In this document: piece by piece, positions 54,324 through 64,000 of the stretch
Layout: every line of letters starts with the position of its first letter
How positions within the stretch are numbered: position 1 is the first letter of the stretch
Source: an uncultured Pelagibacteraceae bacterium
GTDB taxonomy: Bacteria; Pseudomonadota; Alphaproteobacteria; Pelagibacterales; Pelagibacteraceae
Length of the DNA: 64,000 nt
Assembly (NCBI GenBank): GCA_902590365.1
Contig: CACIWJ010000001.1
Location: 501-64,500 of the forward strand
Direction: 5' to 3'
The notes under the pieces: model-generated
The model's input: the letters and a program-made list of their open reading frames with translations, nothing else
Told to the model about the DNA's origin: nothing
Databases searched by the model: none
Made by a program: the position numbers and the translations under genes

Positions 54324-57321
54324 TTAACCTCTTGTTTTCTTTATCTAAAAATACCGTATCTGTTATTGTTACATTAATAGTTTTATCTTTCATAGGAACA
54401 AACATTTTTTGTCCCTTTAATTTTCTTCCATTTTTTACTACAGCAAGTGCAATTGATTTTTTTAAATTAGGACTATAGTAACTTGATGTAACATGACCAA
54501 GCATTTCAACTGGTTTTTTATTTTTTTCAGCAACAATTTGTGCTCCTTCTTCCAGTACTTCTTTAGGATCGTCTGTTAGTAATCCTACTAGCTGTTTTCT
54601 GTCTTCTCTTATTGTGTCGCTTCTATATAAAGATCTCTTACCTATAAAATCAAATTTCTTTTTACTTATTATCCAATTCATTTGTAAATCTACAGGAGTC
54701 ATTGTTCCATCTGTATCTTGACCGGCTATTATAAAACCTTTTTCTGCTCTCAGTAGGTGCATTGTTTCTGTTCCATAAGGAGTAATATTAAATTCTTTAC
54801 CTGCTTCAAAGCATTTTTCCCAAACTGATTTTCCATATGAAGATTGGATATTAATTTCGTAACTATGTTCACCAGTAAAACTAATTCTCATCACTCTGCA
54901 TTTAATATTATCTATAAGCCCATTTTTGTAGGACATGTGTGGAAATTCTTTATCTGACAGACTTAAATCTGGAATTATCTTAGATAGAATTTTTTTAGAA
55001 TTAGGTCCACAAATACTTACAGTAGCATATTGATCTGTAACTGATGTTAAAAAAACATCTAATTCTGGCCATTCCGTTTGTAGATAATCTTCTAATTTAG
55101 AAAGAACATTAGCAGCTCCCCCAGTGGTAGTTGTCATTAGGTAATGATTTTCTGCTAATCTTGTTGTAACCCCATCATCGTAGACCATTCCATCCTCATT
55201 TAACATTAACCCATATCTACATTTTCCTATTTCTAATTTTGACCAAGCATTAGTGTAGACTCTATTTAAAAACTCAGAAGCATCACTTCCTTGAATATCT
55301 ATTTTTCCAAGTGTTGAAGCGTCAAGTATTCCAGCACTATCTCTAGCGACTTTACTTTCTCTTTGAACAGCGTCATGCATGTTTTCATTTTTTTTCGGAT
55401 AGTACCAAGCTCGTTTCCATTGTCCCACATTTTCAAATTTAGCTTTCTTTTCAACATGCCAATCATGAATAGGAGTTTTTCTAGTTATATCAAAAAACTC
55501 ACCAACATTCCTACCAACTATAGCGCCAAAAGTTAATGGAGTGTAAGGAGGTCTAAATGTAGTTGTTCCCAATTCACCCATTTTAACACCAGCGGTTTCA
55601 GCTATAATTCCAAGAGCATGCATGTTAGATAATTTCCCTTGATCAGTAGCCATACCTGTTGTTGTGTATCTTTTAACATGCTCAATTGATTTAAAACCTT
55701 CTCTTAAAGCTAATTTAATATCATTTGCTGTAGAATCGTTTTGAAAATCTAAAAATGGTTTAGTTTTTCCCATAGGTTTATCAGATGGAAGTAGCCAAAT
55801 ATTTTTTTTGTCAATTTCTTTTGAGGAAATAATTTCTAAATTTTTATAATCATCATTATCAACATTTAAAAATTTGTTTGTTGAATTAAGTGAATTTTTT
55901 ATTATTTCATCAATCTCAAAATCACCATTGCAAGATCCGATACTTATTTGATCCAATTCTGATTTATCTGGTAAAAAAACATTATCTTCATCTCTGAATT
56001 TAAGTTTACCACCAGATTGAGTAAATAAATGTACCCTTGGTGTCCACCCCCCTGAAATTCCCAAACAGTCGCATTCTTCTTTTATTTTTTTTCCTATAAC
56101 ATCAGTACCATCATCAGACAGTTTCATAACTTGAATAGAATTGATTTTCTTGTAACCCTTTGTATTAACAACTGTAGATTTCCAATGAATTTTAATACCT
56201 ATTTTTTCAGCTTCTTTAACTATTAGAGAATTAGTTTTATCTCTTATATCAACTACTGAATTAACAATTACACCACTGTTATTTAAGGAGATTGCAGTTT
56301 CATAAGCTGAGTCATTATTTGTAAATAAAGATATTTTTTGTCCACATTTAACTCCATAGAAATCTATGTACTTTTTGATAGAAGAAGAAAGAATAATACC
56401 AGGCCTATCATTATTATTGAAAATTAACGGTCTTTCAATCGCTCCTGTAGCTATAATTACTTTGTTTGCTCTAATTTTCCAAAGTCTTTGGCGAATTTTA
56501 TCTTTTTTTTCATTTAAATCTAAATGATCAGTTAAATTTTCTCTAGCTAAAAGATAATTATAACTATGATAAGCAGCCAATGATGTTCTTGTTTTTATAG
56601 TTAAATTTTTAAGAGAATTTAATGATTCAATTTCTTTTTTTAACCAATCATTGGAATAAGAATTATTTATTTTAAAACATTCATTTTGTTGGAAAAGAGT
56701 AGTTCCACCTAAGATATTTTTATCGTCTATTAATACCGTATTTAAATTATTTTTAGCTGCTGTTTTTGCAGCAATTATTCCAGATATACCTCCTCCGACA
56801 ACTAAAACATCACAGTGCATATATCTATGATCATAAATATCTTTATCTGATTGAGTAGGTGATTTACCTAGGCCTGCAGATTTTCTTATAAAGTGCTCAT
56901 ATAATTTCCAAAAATTAGCAGGCCACATGAATGTTTTATAATAGAAAGCTGCCGGTATAAGAGGTGAGAAAAAATTGTTTACTGCACCTATGTCAAAATT
57001 AACGCTTGGCCAGCAGTTCTGGCTTGATGCTTCTAAACCTTCATATAACTCTATCTCAGTTGCTCTTGTATTAGGTTCAGTCATGGAAGGATCATTTCCT
57101 AATTGAACAATTGCATTAGGTTCTTCAGAACCACATGCCATTATTCCTCTTGGACGGTGATATTTAAAACTTCTTCCTACAAGGTGTATATCGTTTGCTA
57201 ATAAAGCCGACGCCAAAGTATCACCTTTAAATCCATATAAAGTTTTACCATCAAACTTAAAAGATATTCTAGACGTTTGATCAATAAACTTGTTATTTGT
57301 TATTCTTAAATTTTTGCTCAT
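54316..57321 (-). CDS. soxA: Sarcosine oxidase alpha subunit
   Basis: GDTLASALLAN..GRSFKYHRPRG, EHVKRYTTTGM, GcvT-like C-terminal half. Confidence 0.96.
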   Translation of the reverse strand: MSKNLRITNNKFIDQTSRISFKFDGKTLYGFKGDTLASALLANDIHLVGRSFKYHRPRGIMACGSEEPNAIVQLGNDPSMTEPNTRATEIELYEGLEASSQNCWPSVNFDIGAVNNFFSPLIPAAFYYKTFMWPANFWKLYEHFIRKSAGLGKSPTQSDKDIYDHRYMHCDVLVVGGGISGIIAAKTAAKNNLNTVLIDDKNILGGTTLFQQNECFKINNSYSNDWLKKEIESLNSLKNLTIKTRTSLAAYHSYNYLLARENLTDHLDLNEKKDKIRQRLWKIRANKVIIATGAIERPLIFNNNDRPGIILSSSIKKYIDFYGVKCGQKISLFTNNDSAYETAISLNNSGVIVNSVVDIRDKTNSLIVKEAEKIGIKIHWKSTVVNTKGYKKINSIQVMKLSDDGTDVIGKKIKEECDCLGISGGWTPRVHLFTQSGGKLKFRDEDNVFLPDKSELDQISIGSCNGDFEIDEIIKNSLNSTNKFLNVDNDDYKNLEIISSKEIDKKNIWLLPSDKPMGKTKPFLDFQNDSTANDIKLALREGFKSIEHVKRYTTTGMATDQGKLSNMHALGIIAETAGVKMGELGTTTFRPPYTPLTFGAIVGRNVGEFFDITRKTPIHDWHVEKKAKFENVGQWKRAWYYPKKNENMHDAVQRESKVARDSAGILDASTLGKIDIQGSDASEFLNRVYTNAWSKLEIGKCRYGLMLNEDGMVYDDGVTTRLAENHYLMTTTTGGAANVLSKLEDYLQTEWPELDVFLTSVTDQYATVSICGPNSKKILSKIIPDLSLSDKEFPHMSYKNGLIDNIKCRVMRISFTGEHSYEINIQSSYGKSVWEKCFEAGKEFNITPYGTETMHLLRAEKGFIIAGQDTDGTMTPVDLQMNWIISKKKFDFIGKRSLYRSDTIREDRKQLVGLLTDDPKEVLEEGAQIVAEKNKKPVEMLGHVTSSYYSPNLKKSIALAVVKNGRKLKGQKMFVPMKDKTINVTITDTVFLDKENKRLNA

Positions 57322-57596
57322 TATTTAATAGGGGGTTTTTCACCCATTTTGTATACAGCATGAATTTTATCGTTTGAAGTATCTCTAACCATATTAAACC
57401 ACTTTCTACATCCGTGTGCATGGTTCCATCTTTCAAGCTGAACTCCTTTAATATTCTTTCTCATAAATAAGAATTCTGCCCATTGATCATCACTTAATTC
57501 AGTAGGTTGTTTTGGTCTAACAATGTGTGCTTCACCACCAGCAGAAAATTCGCTTTGATCTCTTTCACCACAATATGGACAATTAATTAAAAACAT
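57321..57596 (-). CDS. soxD: Sarcosine oxidase delta subunit
   Basis: CPYCG...HAHGC zinc site. Confidence 0.95.
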   Translation of the reverse strand: MFLINCPYCGERDQSEFSAGGEAHIVRPKQPTELSDDQWAEFLFMRKNIKGVQLERWNHAHGCRKWFNMVRDTSNDKIHAVYKMGEKPPIK

Positions 57597-58849
57597 TAGT
57601 GTGCTACAGCAGCTGCTCCATGTTCATCAACAAGATCACCACTTACAAATCTATTAATATTAAAATCAGCATTTAGTTTATGAGGCTCATCGTTAGCAAT
57701 AGTGTGTGCAAATAAATCACCTGAACCTGGTGTAGCTTTAAATCCACCAGTTCCCCAACCACAATTAAAATATAATCCTTTAATGTGTGTTTTACTAATT
57801 ATTGGACTTGCGTCAGGACATATATCAACAATTCCACCCCATTGTCTTAACATTTTCATTCTACTGAAAATAGGGTAGAGCTCTAGTATTGCTTTTAAAG
57901 TTCCTTCAACAACGTCATGACTTCCTCTTTGAGTGTAAGAAATATAAGCATCTGTTCCAGCGCCAATAACTAATTCTCCTTTATCTGATTGGCTTACATA
58001 GGCGTGAACTGCATTGGACATAACCACAGTATCTATGATTGGTTTGACTGGCTCTGATACCAATGCTTGTAAAGGTTTGCTTTCTAATGGTAATTTTAAA
58101 TCAACCATATTTGCTAAAACACTAGAATGGCCAGCAGCAACAACTCCAATTTTTTTGGTTTTTATAAAACCTTTAGTAGTTTCTATACCTTGAACAGAAT
58201 CTCCATTTCTTTTAATTCCTTTAACTTCACAATTTTGAATTATATCGACACCCATAGCATCAGCTCCACGAGCATAACCCCAAGCAACAGCATCATGTCT
58301 AGCTGTACCAGCTCGTCTTTGTAAAGTTCCTCCTAATACTGGATATCTAATATCTTGTGATGTATTTATTATTGGACAAAATTTTCCAACTTCTTCAGTA
58401 TTTAACCAAACAGCATCAATACCATTTAATCTGTTAGCATGAGTTCTTCTTTTTAAATCTCTTACATCTTGAAGGTTATGAGCCAAGTTCATTACACCTC
58501 TTTGACTAAACATTATATTGTAATTGAGTTCTTGTGTAAGGCCTTCCCATATTTTTAATGCATGATCATATAGTCCAGCGCTTGCATCCCATAAATAATT
58601 TGAGCGAATGATAGTAGTATTTCTTCCAGTATTACCACCACCTATCCAACCTTTTTCAACAACTGCTATATTTTTCATATTGTGTTTTTTAGCCATATAG
58701 TAAGCTGTAGCTAAACCATGACCACCACCTCCAATTATTATAGCGTCATATTCTTTCTTAGGTTCAGGATCTCTCCATGCTCTTTGCCAGTTTTCATGGT
58801 AAGTAAAAGCGTTTTTAATTAGTGAAAATATGGAATATTTGTTTTTCAT
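57596..58849 (-). CDS. soxB: Sarcosine oxidase beta subunit
   Basis: [45 protein letters not shown]. Confidence 0.97.
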   Translation of the reverse strand: MKNKYSIFSLIKNAFTYHENWQRAWRDPEPKKEYDAIIIGGGGHGLATAYYMAKKHNMKNIAVVEKGWIGGGNTGRNTTIIRSNYLWDASAGLYDHALKIWEGLTQELNYNIMFSQRGVMNLAHNLQDVRDLKRRTHANRLNGIDAVWLNTEEVGKFCPIINTSQDIRYPVLGGTLQRRAGTARHDAVAWGYARGADAMGVDIIQNCEVKGIKRNGDSVQGIETTKGFIKTKKIGVVAAGHSSVLANMVDLKLPLESKPLQALVSEPVKPIIDTVVMSNAVHAYVSQSDKGELVIGAGTDAYISYTQRGSHDVVEGTLKAILELYPIFSRMKMLRQWGGIVDICPDASPIISKTHIKGLYFNCGWGTGGFKATPGSGDLFAHTIANDEPHKLNADFNINRFVSGDLVDEHGAAAVAH

Positions 58850-58919
58850 AATTTGCACAAAAATACTTTATAAATATTGAATATTCAATGATTTCAAGTT
58901 ACACACTAATAACAAAAAA

Positions 58920-59013
58920 GGTGAGGTGGGTGAGCTGGTTTAAACCAGGAGTTTGCTAAACTTCCGTACGTTATAATGGCGTACCGAGGGTTCGAATCCC
59001 TCCCTCACCGCCA
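58920..59013 (+). tRNA. tRNA-Ser(GCT)
   Basis: GGTGAGG/CCTCACC acceptor, TT-GCT-AA loop, long variable arm, TTCGAAT, G73 plus CCA. Confidence 0.96.
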
Positions 59014-61233
59014 TTAATAGAGCGGTCTATTTTTAAAAAAATCTATTATTTCAACAGGTTGCTTTTGAACAATAAAGTTATACACATTATAGTTTTCCAA
59101 AACTCTTTGAACATAGTTTCTTGTTTCTTTAAATTTAATTAATTCGATCCAATTTACATAATCTATTTGATTTTTTTGAGGGTTTTTATTTATTTTTTTC
59201 CAATATCTAACTCGTTTTGGTCCAGCATTATAAGCTGCTATTGCAAAAGGATAGGAACCATCATACTCAAGGAGTAGCCCAGCTATGTAATGAGAACCTA
59301 AATTAATATTATATTCAGGATCTCTTGTTAATCGTGATTTTGAATAAGGTAACTTAGCTTGTTTAGCAACAATCTTAGCCGTGTATGTCATTAACTGCAT
59401 CATTCCTTTTGCGCCTGCAGAACTATTAGCAGAAGTATCAAATTCACTTTCTTGTCTTATTATCGATAAAATAAATGCAGAATCAGGTATTTTTCTTCCA
59501 TTGATTATTTTTGGAGTACCAATAATTGGGTAGTTATAATTATTGATAAATCTTTTTTCATAAGATGCTAGTTTTGCTATCTGAATTGCAAAATCATATC
59601 TGGATATGTTTGTGGCTAATTCTGCAGCAAAAATTTCACTTCCTTTTTCAATATTATCCAATGCAAGATGCCTTAGAATATGCTTGGTATATTTTGATTT
59701 ATCTAGTTCATTTAACAAATAAACAATTTTAACAAGATCTTTTTCAAAAAACTTTTTCTTATATTCTTGGTCAAAATTTTCCTTCATGCTTAAACTAAAT
59801 TTTTCATCTGGATAAACTTTCATAAATGATAATTGACCGTAATAAGTAGTTAGAAATTTAGCAGACTCTCTATACCACTTTATACTTTTATCTTTGTTAC
59901 CAAGCTTTTCATGAGCTCTACCAAGCCAATAGGCACCCCTAGATAAACTTATTGGATATCCAACTTCATTATAAAATTTTTCAAAGTGATCGATAGCCAA
60001 TATAGGATCATCTAAAAAACTAAGTGCTATCCATCCACTCATCCATTCCGCTGCTGCAAAATCTGGACCTTCGGTCATTGCGTGCTTACTTGCAATTGCA
60101 TAGGCCTGTTCATATCTTTTTTTATAAATTAATGATCGTGCTATGATACGTCTTTCATTCCACCATTTTTCTGGTCTTACAAGATATTCTTTTGTATTTT
60201 TTACTTTTAATAAAATTTCTAGTGATGACTCTAATCTTCCTCTTTTTCTTCTCCATTTAAGCCGATCATAATCCAAACCTGGATCATTTTTATATTTATA
60301 TGGAACTTTAGATATAGCATTATCGACACCATAAGATTTACTCATTAATAATTGTCTTGCTGTATATAAAAGTTCTTCTTCTTTAGGCAAATATCTAAGT
60401 AGTCTACGTAAATCCCAATATTTATTTTCCCAAGCTAAATATTCAGCTCTATTTATATAATCTTTTTTATTAAGATATTTTTTATATTTTTTTCTAAAAA
60501 ATCTTAAATCAGATTTAGATAACTCTGCTGTAATCCATCCTTTTTTAATTAAATTTGTACCTTTATTAATTTGTCCAGTTGCAATTAAACTTTCACCAAG
60601 TGCCATTTCACCATAACCACTTAATGGTGGATTATTCTCAAACCATTCAATAATTTTTTTAGGAGAGATTGTTTTCGTAGACATTTTATGTTCTGACAAA
60701 TATTTAATTCTACCAATTCTTGGGTAGTTAGGATTGTTAATGATAAATTGTTGATAATCATAAAAACTTGCTTTATTTCCTCTAGTTATTAAATGCCTCC
60801 ATTGAACAAAATTATATATACTTTTGTCTTTAGATTTTTTTGCCAATTGAATTGCTTGTGTCCATTTGCCTTTTTCAAAAGATTCAATTGATCTTTTTGC
60901 TAAAGAAAATTTTTTCTTTGAATAATATTTTGATTTTTTAGCTGCTTTTTTAATTGTTTTTTGAACTATTTTAGGTTTGATTTTTGGAACTATAATTCCA
61001 AGTTTTGTTACTTTTTTTTCTTTTATTTTTTCTTCTTTTAGTTTTTTTTCAACTTTTTTTATAATTGGCTTCTTAAGGGGTTTTATTATGTTTATAGAAA
61101 TTTTTTTTTCTTTAACCTCAGGTTTTAAAATAGGTTTTTTAAGTGGGTAAATTATATTTTCTTCAGAATATAAATTGTTTTTATGCAAAATTATTGAAAA
61201 CAACACTAGAGAAAAAAGAATAATTTTTTTCAT
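59014..61233 (-). CDS. slt: Soluble lytic murein transglycosylase (Slt70-like)
   Basis: Signal peptide; IIRQESEF catalytic Glu, GAKGMMQLM, AAYNAGP, ETRNYVQRV. Confidence 0.92.
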   Translation of the reverse strand: MKKIILFSLVLFSIILHKNNLYSEENIIYPLKKPILKPEVKEKKISINIIKPLKKPIIKKVEKKLKEEKIKEKKVTKLGIIVPKIKPKIVQKTIKKAAKKSKYYSKKKFSLAKRSIESFEKGKWTQAIQLAKKSKDKSIYNFVQWRHLITRGNKASFYDYQQFIINNPNYPRIGRIKYLSEHKMSTKTISPKKIIEWFENNPPLSGYGEMALGESLIATGQINKGTNLIKKGWITAELSKSDLRFFRKKYKKYLNKKDYINRAEYLAWENKYWDLRRLLRYLPKEEELLYTARQLLMSKSYGVDNAISKVPYKYKNDPGLDYDRLKWRRKRGRLESSLEILLKVKNTKEYLVRPEKWWNERRIIARSLIYKKRYEQAYAIASKHAMTEGPDFAAAEWMSGWIALSFLDDPILAIDHFEKFYNEVGYPISLSRGAYWLGRAHEKLGNKDKSIKWYRESAKFLTTYYGQLSFMKVYPDEKFSLSMKENFDQEYKKKFFEKDLVKIVYLLNELDKSKYTKHILRHLALDNIEKGSEIFAAELATNISRYDFAIQIAKLASYEKRFINNYNYPIIGTPKIINGRKIPDSAFILSIIRQESEFDTSANSSAGAKGMMQLMTYTAKIVAKQAKLPYSKSRLTRDPEYNINLGSHYIAGLLLEYDGSYPFAIAAYNAGPKRVRYWKKINKNPQKNQIDYVNWIELIKFKETRNYVQRVLENYNVYNFIVQKQPVEIIDFFKNRPLY

Positions 61234-61284
61234 ATTTTTTTGTAAATGAATATATAATTTATGTTATATATGTTATAAATATTT

Positions 61285-62169
61285 ATGTTCAAAGGTTCAA
61301 ATGTAGCTTTAATCACACCGTTTAAAGATAATAAGCTCGATACAGAAGCTTATATCAAGATTATTCATTTTCATTTAAAAAATGGGACTAATGGTCTTGT
61401 TCCAGCTGGTACTACAGGAGAGTCTCCAACTTTAAATCATGATGAGCATCAAAAAGTTATAGAAATATGTATAAAAGAGTCTAATGGTAAAGTTCCTGTT
61501 ATTGCTGGGACTGGATCTAACTCAACAGAGGAAGCTATTTCTTTAACCAAACATGCTGAAAAAGTAGGAGCTGATGGAGCATTAGTGGTGACACCATATT
61601 ATAATAAACCCACTCAAGAGGGTTTGTATCAACACTATAAGGCAATAAATGATAATACAAATCTTCCAATTATAATTTACAATATTCCAAGTAGATGTGT
61701 GATTGATATGTCTGTAGATACAATGTCAAGATTATTTGAACTTAAAAATATTGTTGGAGTTAAAGATGCAACAGGAGATCTTAATAGAATTGATCAAACA
61801 ATTAAAAAATTAGGACCAGAATTTATTCAGCTTACAGGTGAAGATGGTCTTGCTTTTGAGTTTAATAAAAGAGGTGGTGTAGGAATAATTTCTGTAACAG
61901 CTAATATTGCACCTAAATTATGTTCTGATTTTCAAAAATATTCAAAATCAAAATCTGATAATGAAATAAAAGAAGCTGAAAGAATTGATCAAATGCTACA
62001 ACCATTACATAAAGCTTTGTTTATAGAAAGTAATCCAGCACCAGCAAAATATGCTGCGAAACTTTTAGGATTATGTAATGATGAAATTAGATTACCTTTA
62101 GTTAAAATTAAAAAGGAAACACAGGAAGAAGTTAAAAAAGCTTTATCATCAGCTAAAATTTTAAGTTAA
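61285..62169 (+). CDS. dapA: 4-hydroxy-tetrahydrodipicolinate synthase
   Basis: [26 protein letters not shown]. Confidence 0.97.
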   Translation: MFKGSNVALITPFKDNKLDTEAYIKIIHFHLKNGTNGLVPAGTTGESPTLNHDEHQKVIEICIKESNGKVPVIAGTGSNSTEEAISLTKHAEKVGADGALVVTPYYNKPTQEGLYQHYKAINDNTNLPIIIYNIPSRCVIDMSVDTMSRLFELKNIVGVKDATGDLNRIDQTIKKLGPEFIQLTGEDGLAFEFNKRGGVGIISVTANIAPKLCSDFQKYSKSKSDNEIKEAERIDQMLQPLHKALFIESNPAPAKYAAKLLGLCNDEIRLPLVKIKKETQEEVKKALSSAKILS

Positions 62170-62639
62170 TGAAAAAAAAAGCCAGTTCTGGTTTAAAAAT
62201 TATATCTATTAATAGAAAAGCTAGTTTTAATTTTTTTTTTGAAAAATTATACGAAGCAGGAATTGTATTAAAAGGATCTGAAATTAAATCTATAAGAAGT
62301 GGCAAAGTAAATATTGCCGAGTCTTATGCTATAGAAAAAGATGGTGAAATTATTTTAGTAAATTCACATATACCAACATATAAAGAAGCAAGCTATTCAA
62401 ATCATAATCCAAGAGAGGATAGGAAACTTTTATTAAATAAAACAGAAATAAACAAATTAATTGGCAAAATTAATAAAGAAGGTTTTACTCTAATACCAAC
62501 CAAAATTTATTTTAAAAAAGGTAAAGCAAAAATTGAGATTGCAGTAGCAAAAGGTAAAAAACAATACGACAAGCGACAAACAAAAAAAAATAGAGATTGG
62601 GATAGAGATAAAGCTAGATATGTTAGAAAAACAAGCTAA
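62169..62639 (+). CDS. smpB: SsrA-binding protein
   Basis: [33 protein letters not shown]. Confidence 0.97.
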   Translation: MKKKASSGLKIISINRKASFNFFFEKLYEAGIVLKGSEIKSIRSGKVNIAESYAIEKDGEIILVNSHIPTYKEASYSNHNPREDRKLLLNKTEINKLIGKINKEGFTLIPTKIYFKKGKAKIEIAVAKGKKQYDKRQTKKNRDWDRDKARYVRKTS

Positions 62640-63135
62640 AAAAATTTATTTAGGATTGGGATCCAATTTAGGAAATAAAAAAAAAAATATAGAATTTGCA
62701 AAATTTTTACTTCAACAAAATAATAAATTTACAATTGTTAAAACCTCAAGTTTTTATAAAACAAAATCTTATCCCAATTATAAAGATCCCTTTTTTTTAA
62801 ACATTGTAATTGAGGGAAAGACTATATTAAAACCCTTAGATTTGTTTATTTTTGTTAAACAAATTGAATTTATGCTTGGAAGAAAAAAATCATTCAAAAA
62901 TGCTCCTAGAGTGTGTGATATTGATATTTTAGATTATGATCAAAAAGTTTTTAAAATTAAAAATAAAAATGATTTTATTTACATTCCTCATCCACGGCTA
63001 CATCAAAGAAATTTTGTGCTTTTACCATTATTTGAAATATCAAAAAACTGGATATATCCAAAAAAAAATAAGAAAATAAGTGATTTATTAATTAACTTAG
63101 GACCAAATAATCTAAGAACTATTAAACTTATCTAA
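62620..63135 (+). CDS. folK: HPPK (2-amino-4-hydroxy-6-hydroxymethyldihydropteridine diphosphokinase)
   Basis: [32 protein letters not shown]. Confidence 0.95.
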   Translation: MLEKQAKKIYLGLGSNLGNKKKNIEFAKFLLQQNNKFTIVKTSSFYKTKSYPNYKDPFFLNIVIEGKTILKPLDLFIFVKQIEFMLGRKKSFKNAPRVCDIDILDYDQKVFKIKNKNDFIYIPHPRLHQRNFVLLPLFEISKNWIYPKKNKKISDLLINLGPNNLRTIKLI

Positions 63136-63154
63136 ATTCATATATAAATAAATA

Positions 63155-64000
63155 ATGTTAAAATCTGACGATCTAATAAATAAAGTAAAATCTTATAACA
63201 AGTTTCTTAACCCGGAAACTTTAAATAAAGCATACCTCTTTGCTATTAAAGCCCATGAAAATCAAAAAAGAGACTCAGGTGATCCATATGTTATTCACCC
63301 AGTTGCAGTAGCCAACATTCTTACAGAATTAAAATTAGACAGTGCAACAATAGCTACTGGTTTATTACATGATACTATTGAAGACACTCACGCTACATAC
63401 CAAACAATTAAGAATGAATTTGGTCAAGAAGTAGCAGACTTAGTAGAAGGTGTGACAAAGATTTCTGTTTTTGAAAATCAAGCTTTATCAAATTCTAAAG
63501 CTGAAAATTTTAGAAAATTAATTTTAGCAACATCAAAAGATATTAGGGTTTTATTAGTAAAAATTGCTGATCGATTACATAATATGAGAACAATTAATTC
63601 CATCGATAATGTTGAAAAAAGAAAACGCATCGCAAAAGAAACAATGGAAATTTATTCACCTCTTGCTGACAGGATGGGAATGAATAGAATTAGAGATGAG
63701 CTGGAAGATTTATCTTTTGATGTATTAAATTCAAAAGCTAGAAAATTAATAAAAGATCGTTTAGATCTTATTAAAGATAATAACTTAATAAGTTTTAATG
63801 CTGTTTCTGATAAACTTTCTAATTTACTCAAAGAAAATAATATAAATGCAAAAATTTTTGGAAGAGAAAAAACTCCTTTTTCTCTTTGGAGAAAAGTACA
63901 ACAAAAAAGAATTTCATTAGAACAAATCACTGATATTATTGGATTTAGAATTATAGTTGATGATATAACTTCTTGTTATAAAGCATTAGGAGTTTTTCAT
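63155..64000 (+). CDS. spoT: Bifunctional (p)ppGpp synthetase/hydrolase Rel/SpoT, 3'-truncated by window (absent from ORF track)
   Basis: Manual translation from ATG 63155: MLKSDDLINKVKSY...HENQKRDSGDPYVIHPVAVA...LLHDTIED...KIADRLHNMRT; open to window end. Confidence 0.95.
   Translation, partial: MLKSDDLINKVKSYNKFLNPETLNKAYLFAIKAHENQKRDSGDPYVIHPVAVANILTELKLDSATIATGLLHDTIEDTHATYQTIKNEFGQEVADLVEGVTKISVFENQALSNSKAENFRKLILATSKDIRVLLVKIADRLHNMRTINSIDNVEKRKRIAKETMEIYSPLADRMGMNRIRDELEDLSFDVLNSKARKLIKDRLDLIKDNNLISFNAVSDKLSNLLKENNINAKIFGREKTPFSLWRKVQQKRISLEQITDIIGFRIIVDDITSCYKALGVFH

Noticed and set aside
60900-61160. PLKKP-like repeats in the Slt N-terminus as a repeat element
   Set aside because: Low-complexity Lys/Pro linker inside the CDS with no DNA-level tandem array.
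63652-63930. 92-aa minus-strand ORF
   Set aside because: Antisense to spoT, which the ORF track omits because it has no stop in the window.

Overview
Very AT-rich, tightly packed alphaproteobacterial chromosome segment. Gene content, order and near-absence of intergenic DNA fit SAR11/Pelagibacterales (inference, no database search run). Layout: (1) 1-5.6 kb: the end of a SAF-domain oxidoreductase, then a small surface-glycan islet (two GT4 glycosyltransferases, a FkbM methyltransferase, a 2OG-Fe(II) oxygenase) wrapped around tRNA-Leu, nadK, tRNA-Val and tRNA-Thr. (2) 5.6-35.1 kb: rlmB, then one co-oriented translation/transcription supercluster (tRNA-Tyr, tRNA-Gly, tuf, tRNA-Trp, secE, nusG, rplKAJL, rpoBC, rpsL, rpsG, fusA, S10/spc/alpha genes); tuf is missing from str and rpmD from spc. 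(3) 35-64 kb: housekeeping genes (rluC, lipB, mgtE, panC, galU, ugd, ridA, topA, plsY, pyrC', pyrB, yqgF, gatCAB, O-methyltransferase, trhO, MATE, soxBDAG, tRNA-Ser, slt, dapA, smpB, folK, start of spoT/rel). No rRNA, CRISPR, IS or prophage was seen. The strongest leads are a tRNA-Val(GAC) with intact stems but a rewired D/T-loop elbow, an O-methyltransferase coupled to trhO behind gatCAB (candidate oxygen-dependent mo5U34 pathway), an apparent Zn-ligand swap in RpoC, and an SD-covering hairpin before pyrB.
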